In this document: positions 63,001 to 64,000 of the stretch, piece by piece
Layout of the letters: the number at the start of each line of letters is the position of its first letter
How positions within the stretch are numbered: position 1 is the stretch's first letter
Assembly: GCA_003220055.1 (NCBI GenBank)
Contig: QHRF01000083.1
Location: 564 to 64,563, forward strand
Source: Verrucomicrobiota bacterium
GTDB taxonomy: Bacteria > Verrucomicrobiota > Verrucomicrobiia > Chthoniobacterales > UBA10450
Length of the DNA stretch: 64,000 nucleotides
Reading direction: 5' to 3'
Program-made: the position numbers and the translations under genes
Notes under the pieces: model-generated
What the model was told of the DNA's origin: nothing
The model's database searches: none
What the model saw: the letters and a program-made list of their open reading frames with translations, nothing else

Positions 63001-64000
63001 CGCAACTCAACCGGATCGCACTCGCCAACGTCACCGCGAACGTGATCGTGCAAGAATATGTTTCGGTCCTGACCAAGCAGGAAAGCGGCAAGTTCGCCTA
63101 CGAATCGGCCCTGAAAGAGAGCATCACGAAATCCGAGAAGATTTCTGTTTCCGCAAATGGATTTCGCTACACACTTCCGACCGATCAGCCGGGCAATTAC
63201 ATTTTTGAACTGCGCGATGATCAGGATCGCCGGCTGACCAAGTTGCAATTTTGCGTCGTCGGACGCGGCGCCGTTACGCGATCACTGGAGAAGAATGCCG
63301 AGCTTCAAGTAAAGCTCGATCGCGCCCAGTACAACAGCGGCGACGAGATCGCGGTCAGCATCACCGCGCCTTACGGCGGTAACGGCTTGATCACGATCGA
63401 GCGCGACAAGGTTTACGCCCGGCAATGGTTCCAGGCAAGCAGCGCCAGCAGCGTCCAGCACATTCGCGTCCCGGAAAATTTCGAAGGCAGCGGTTACATC
63501 AACGTCGCATTCGTCCGGGCGCTCGACTCCAAAGAAATCTTTGTCAGCCCGCTGAGTTACGGCGTCGTCCCGTTCACGGCCAACAAAGAAAAACGCCGGC
63601 TCAAAGTCGACATCAATGCGGTCGCAACCGAGAAACCAGGCGAACCGTTGCACATCAGTTACAAAACGGACCGGCCGAGCAAGATCGTCATCTTCGCGGT
63701 CGACGCGGGAATTCTGCAAGTCACCGATTACAAAACGCCGGACCCGCTCGAGTTCTATTTCCGCAAATGCATGCTGCGGGTCGACACCGCACAGATTGTC
63801 GACCTTATCATCCCTGAATTTTCGCTCTTGCGTTCAGTCTCGGCCTTCGGCGGCGGCGGCGACGTTCAAAAGCTCAACCCCTTCAAACGCATCACCGACA
63901 AGCCGGTCGTGTTTTGGTCGGGCATCATCGACGCCGACAATACGCAGCGCGAAATCGTTTACGACGTGCCGGATTATTTCGACGGCACGTTGAAGATTAT
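60036..64000 (+). CDS. Bacterial alpha-2-macroglobulin family protein, N-terminal ~1320 aa; 3' end lies outside the window
   Basis: Not in the ORF track because it has no stop in the window. Frame 3 is open from the ATG at 60036 to the end. My own translation gives MKTPAPLSNAIKW...FLVSCAGAW...RGLFFLTAQGWDP...RFVLVTDIGILTKK...ERGIYRPGDEIHIGVVVK...KPVVFWSGIIDADNTQREIVYDVPDYFDGTLKI, typical of YfhM-like A2M. Confidence 0.85.
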   Translation, partial: MKTPAPLSNAIKWVASAAGRARRFPEQIFGDISWRPPRWLSRCGENWIRLEHAYPRQIAPAIVTIFLVSCAGAWTWNWYSHLPKPRRVSVKIAPIEVTKLEKDLKFPRLVVYFSESAARLEDLKRPSVQGVHLQPKLNGAWRWLQADILVFEPTEDWPADLKFRVVFDEKFFPNHVLMERFVYEMQTPPFGIAIKQLEFYQDPTNPTQRAVTATLELTHAVDPGELDRHLQFTMVGGSNIFSDPAPHFSIIFGLHRRVAFVHSSPITLPERDDFVKLILSKGVRTAQGGAQTKNGVEQKLRLPSIASMFQIDSIQTTIARNKNGEPEQLIVLTTTAEIGTRELAKALEIRLLPKRKIPDADKAAEETEDAEQTRDESAGSDNENDSSEAPATSELKESERWKSETDVPDDILDNARPITHVPLPSEKAQGRQHAFRIRVETDGELYVRVKKGVRAFGDYPLSDNYNAVVDVPSLPREVQIEGQGGLLALNGEKKLSISSRGLSAIEFEIARVATTQINHLVSQTEGKFEHPLFEAPDYFNKDNISRIATERQGIALENKWKANYSAFDFTEHLRKPADSGSERGLFFLTAQGWDPAKKKPIEVRDSRFVLVTDIGILTKKNADGSHDVFLMSIKEGNPLPNVIVDLLGKNGIPIQSAKSDANGHCAFTSVEKSIREKTPVAFVARNGDDVSFIPYAREDRQLNFSRFDIDGVDNVLPENLDAFVFTERGIYRPGDEIHIGVVVKQRNWQGRLKGLPLETEVVDARGHGVQTRKINLPDAAFIELTYQTANESPTGLYIFNVYLVKNSKRSTLLGSTMANVKEFLPDRMKIDTHLSETSRHGWISPKEMRASVSLANLYGKPATDRRVVSRIELTPTAFSFPEFREYVFFDPLCDPKKERQEQTIELGENKTDGAGQTQFDLQLERFADATYSMRFVAEGFEAEGGRSVTGTTSALISTLPYVIGCKADGDLRYIDMNKPRAVELVAVDPQLNRIALANVTANVIVQEYVSVLTKQESGKFAYESALKESITKSEKISVSANGFRYTLPTDQPGNYIFELRDDQDRRLTKLQFCVVGRGAVTRSLEKNAELQVKLDRAQYNSGDEIAVSITAPYGGNGLITIERDKVYARQWFQASSASSVQHIRVPENFEGSGYINVAFVRALDSKEIFVSPLSYGVVPFTANKEKRRLKVDINAVATEKPGEPLHISYKTDRPSKIVIFAVDAGILQVTDYKTPDPLEFYFRKCMLRVDTAQIVDLIIPEFSLLRSVSAFGGGGDVQKLNPFKRITDKPVVFWSGIIDADNTQREIVYDVPDYFDGTLKI

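Noticed and set aside
1-64000. Search by eye for tRNA, rRNA, tmRNA, SRP RNA, transposase/integrase genes, prophage or defence-island content.
   Set aside because: Intergenic gaps are short, mostly under 150 bp. No T-loop-like GGTTCGAATCC-type motifs, rRNA-like stretches or recombinase motifs were seen. Without a proper scan (tRNAscan, Infernal), small RNAs cannot be excluded.

Overview
A 64-kb chromosomal window with dense housekeeping content, starting at the replication-initiation locus (dnaA-dnaN). By inference it comes from a Gram-negative-type soil bacterium, probably Verrucomicrobiota-like. The clues are the futalosine pathway, an ECF sigma paired with a Ser/Thr kinase carrying PEGA and FGE domains, BamA-Skp, and a UBact-like gene.

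About 60 protein genes can be supported:
- tRNA synthetases: aspS, hisS, leuS
- SAM cycle: metK-ahcY with a divergent ArsR-methyltransferase regulator
- two Ton/Tol-type motor clusters
- def, galE, mscL, rdgB, glpX, lipB, ruvC, bamA-skp
- cell-wall enzymes and a large alpha-2-macroglobulin that runs off the 3' end

I saw no rRNA, tRNA, CRISPR array or transposase gene.

The observations most worth follow-up:
1. A 58-aa UBact-like (Pup-analogue) ORF, hidden inside longer ORF calls, is translationally coupled to the 20S proteasome genes prcB-prcA.
2. In-phase GTCACTn heptad arrays sit 5-7 nt upstream of three start codons (metK, a SET-domain methyltransferase, an MFS transporter).
3. An ~87-bp MITE-like element is present in three copies, one lying in-frame inside an OGG DNA glycosylase gene.
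4. Two intergenic elements of about 80 nt have covarying stems, identical 48-nt interiors in length, and a shared TTTCGTGT motif.
5. A family of TGTAGC...GCTACA double-hairpin REP-like repeats.
6. An NRAMP transporter gene is broken by a 7-bp tandem duplication.
7. A heavy-metal-binding-domain / His-Met-rich / beta-barrel-like protein sits next to a small Cys-motif protein.

All function calls come from reading motifs by eye. No database searches were run.
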